From positions 40,176,001 to 40,240,000 of the forward strand of contig NC_135671.1 in the NCBI RefSeq assembly GCF_964188315.1: a stretch of DNA of 64,000 nucleotides, read 5' to 3'. Within the stretch, counting starts at the first letter, position 1; each line of letters begins with the position of its first letter. The notes beneath the pieces were generated by a model. That model made no database searches and was not told the origin of the DNA. It saw only the letters and a list, made by a program, of their open reading frames with translations. Shown here in pieces: positions 61,557 to 64,000 of this stretch. The stretch is from Podarcis muralis. Its lineage: Eukaryota. The position numbers and the translations under genes are program-made.

Positions 61557-61740
61557 ACATTTTTGTGGCATTATCAGCTGACATATCATCAACACATATC
61601 ATATCATCAACACATATCGTCAACACATATCATCCTAAATATGTTTTTAAGAGGAAAAAAAATGTTTTTCCAACAACATATATTGATTACCTGATAGAAA
61701 CATTGATTACCATAAACTGAATGGTGGACATTGATAAAGG

Positions 61741-64000
61741 TGTTGTTTAGTCGTTTAGTCGTGTCCGACTCTTCGTGACCCCATGGACCAGAGCACGCCA
61801 GGCACTTCTGTCTTCCACTGTCTCCCGCAGTTTGGTCAGACTCATGTTTGTAGCTTCAAGAACACTGTCCAACCATCTCGTCCTCTGTCATCCCCTTCTC
61901 CTTGTGCCCTCCATCTTTCCCAACATCAGGGTCTTTTCCAGGGAGTTCTCATGAGGTGGCCAAGGTATTGGAGCCTCAGCTTCAGGATCTGTCCTTCCAG
62001 TGAGCACTCAGGGCTGATTTCCTTCAGAATGGAGAGGTTTGATCTTCTTGCAGTCCATGGGACTCTCAAGAGTCTCCTCCAGCACCAGAATTCAAAAGCA
62101 TCAATTCTTCGGCGATCAGCCTTTTTTATGGTCCAGCTCTCACTTCCATACATCACTACTGGGAAAACCATGGCTTTAACTATACGGACCTTTGTTGGCA
62201 AGGTGATGTCTCTGCTTTTTAAGATGCTTAGGTTTGCCATCGCCTTTCTCCCAAGGAGCAGGCGTCTTTTAATTTCGTGACTGCTGTCACCATCTGCAGT
62301 GATCATGGAGCCCAAGAAAGTAAAATCTCTCACTGCCTCCATTTCTTCCCCTTCTATTTGCCAGGAGGTGATGGGACCAGTGGCCATGATCTTCGTTTTT
62401 TTGATGTTGAGCTTCAGACCATATTTTGCGCTCTCCTCTTTCACCCTCATTAAAAGGTTCTTTAATTCCTCCTCACTTTCTGCCATCAAGGTTGTGTCAT
62501 CTGCATTTCTGAGGTTGTTGATATTTCTTCCGGCGATCTTAATTCCGGCTAGGGATTCATCCAGCCCTGCCTTTTGCATGATGAATTCTGCATATAAGTT
62601 AAATAAGCAGGGAGACAATATACAGCCTTGTCGTACTCCTTTCCCAATTTTGAACCAATCAGTTGTTCCATATCCAGTTCTAACTGTAGCTTCTTGTCCC
62701 ACATAGAGATTTCTCAGGAGACAGATGAGGTGATCAGGCACTCCCATTTCTTTGAGAACTTGCCATAGTTTGCTGTGATCGACACAGTCAAAGGCTTTTG
62801 CATAGTCAATGAAGCAGAAGTAGATGTCTTTCTGGAACTCTCTAGCTTTCTCCATAATCCAGCACATGTTTGCAATTTGGTCTCTGGTTCCTCTGCCCCT
62901 TTCAAATCCAGCTTGCACTTCTGGGAGTTCTCGATCCACATACTGCTTGAGCCTTCCTTGTAGAATTTTAAGCATAACCTTGCTAGCGTGTGAAATGAGT
63001 GCAATTGTGCGGTAGTTGGAGCATTCTTTGGCACTGCCTTTCTTTGGGATTGGGATGTAGACTGATCTTCTCCAATCTTCTGGCCACTGCTGAGTTTTCC
63101 AAACTTGCTGGCATATTGAGTGTAGCACCTTAACAACATCATCTTTTAATATTTTAAGTAGTTCAGCTGGAATACCATCACTTCCACTGGCCTTGTTATT
63201 TGCAGTGCTTTCTAAGGCCCATTTGACTTCACTTTCCAGGATGTCTGGCTCAAGGTCAGCAACCACACTACCTGGGGTGTACGAGACATCCATCTCTTTC
63301 TGGTATAATTCCTCTGTGTATTCTTGCCACCTCTTCTTGATGTCTTCTGCTTCTGTTAGGTCCTTACCACTTTTGTCCTTTATTATGATAATCTTTGTAT
63401 GAAATGTTCCTTTCATATCTCCAATTTTCTTGAACAGATCTCTGGTTCTTCCCGTTCTGTTGTTTTCCTCTATTTCTTTGCATTGCTCGTTTAAGAAGGC
63501 CTTCTTGTCTCTCCTTGCTATTTTTTGGAAGTCTGCATTCAATTTCCTGTATCTTTCACTATCTCCCTCGCATTTTGCTTGCCTTCTCTCCCCCGCTAAT
63601 TGTAAGGCCTCATTGGACAGCCACTTTGCTTTCTTGCATTTCCTTTTCATTGGGATGGTTTTCGTTGCTGCCTCCTATATAATGTTACGAGCCTCCATCC
63701 ATAGTTCTTCAGGCACTCTGTCCACCAAATCTAAATCCTTAAACCTGTTCCTCACTTCCACTGTGTATTCATAAAGGATTTGACTTAGATTGTATCTTAC
63801 CGGCCCAGTGGTTTTTCCTACTTTCTTCAGTTTAAGCTTGAATTTTGCTATAAGAAGCTGATGATCTGAGCCACAGTCCGCTCCAGGTCTTGTTTTTGCT
63901 GACTGTATAGAGCTTCTCCATCTTTGGCTGCAGAGAATATAATCAATCTGATTTCGATGCTGCCCATCTGGTGATGTCCATGTGTAGAGTCGTCTCTTGT
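61741..64000 (-). mobile_element. Long BovB LINE, runs off the window edge
   Basis: 574-aa RT ORF (61926-63650) with YADD changed to NADD, a frameshifted C-terminus and a BovB tail at 61741. Confidence 0.95.

Noticed and set aside
61576-61635. Short tandem CATATCATCAACA repeats
   Set aside because: Simple slippage duplication with no further structure.

Overview
Vertebrate (squamate, probably lacertid lizard, inferred from Sauria SINEs plus BovB, CR1, L2 and L1) genomic window holding an olfactory receptor (OR) cluster in a dense TE background. There are seven OR loci. Four are intact single-exon CDSs: OR5C1-like (-), OR1Q1-like (-), OR1K1-like (+) and OR1B1-like (-). Two are OR1-family pseudogenes (-). 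One OR10-family (OR10Z1-like) gene has no in-frame ATG in its main exon, but a strongly signalled 65-bp upstream exon supplies one in exactly the right phase. This gene set matches my recollection of the human 9q33.2 OR1/OR5C1 cluster, suggesting deep amniote synteny. TEs include a full-length BovB with TSD, a second long BovB, L2, L1, CR1 and RTE fragments, a Ngaro-like SGNH-hydrolase remnant, Sauria SINEs, two tRNA-head/CR1-tail SINEs, and many hAT and Tc1/mariner MITEs with readable TSDs. The most notable observations are the split-CDS OR10 gene, a hAT copy carrying the flank of another copy 25 kb away, a CR1 insertion at an OR splice acceptor that creates a uORF, a gene-conversion-like tract between OR paralogues, and a perfect 60-bp palindrome upstream of the OR1K1-like gene. 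One assembly gap lies at 16091-16398. Orthology calls are from memory of human proteins and need BLAST or phylogeny. No database search was run.
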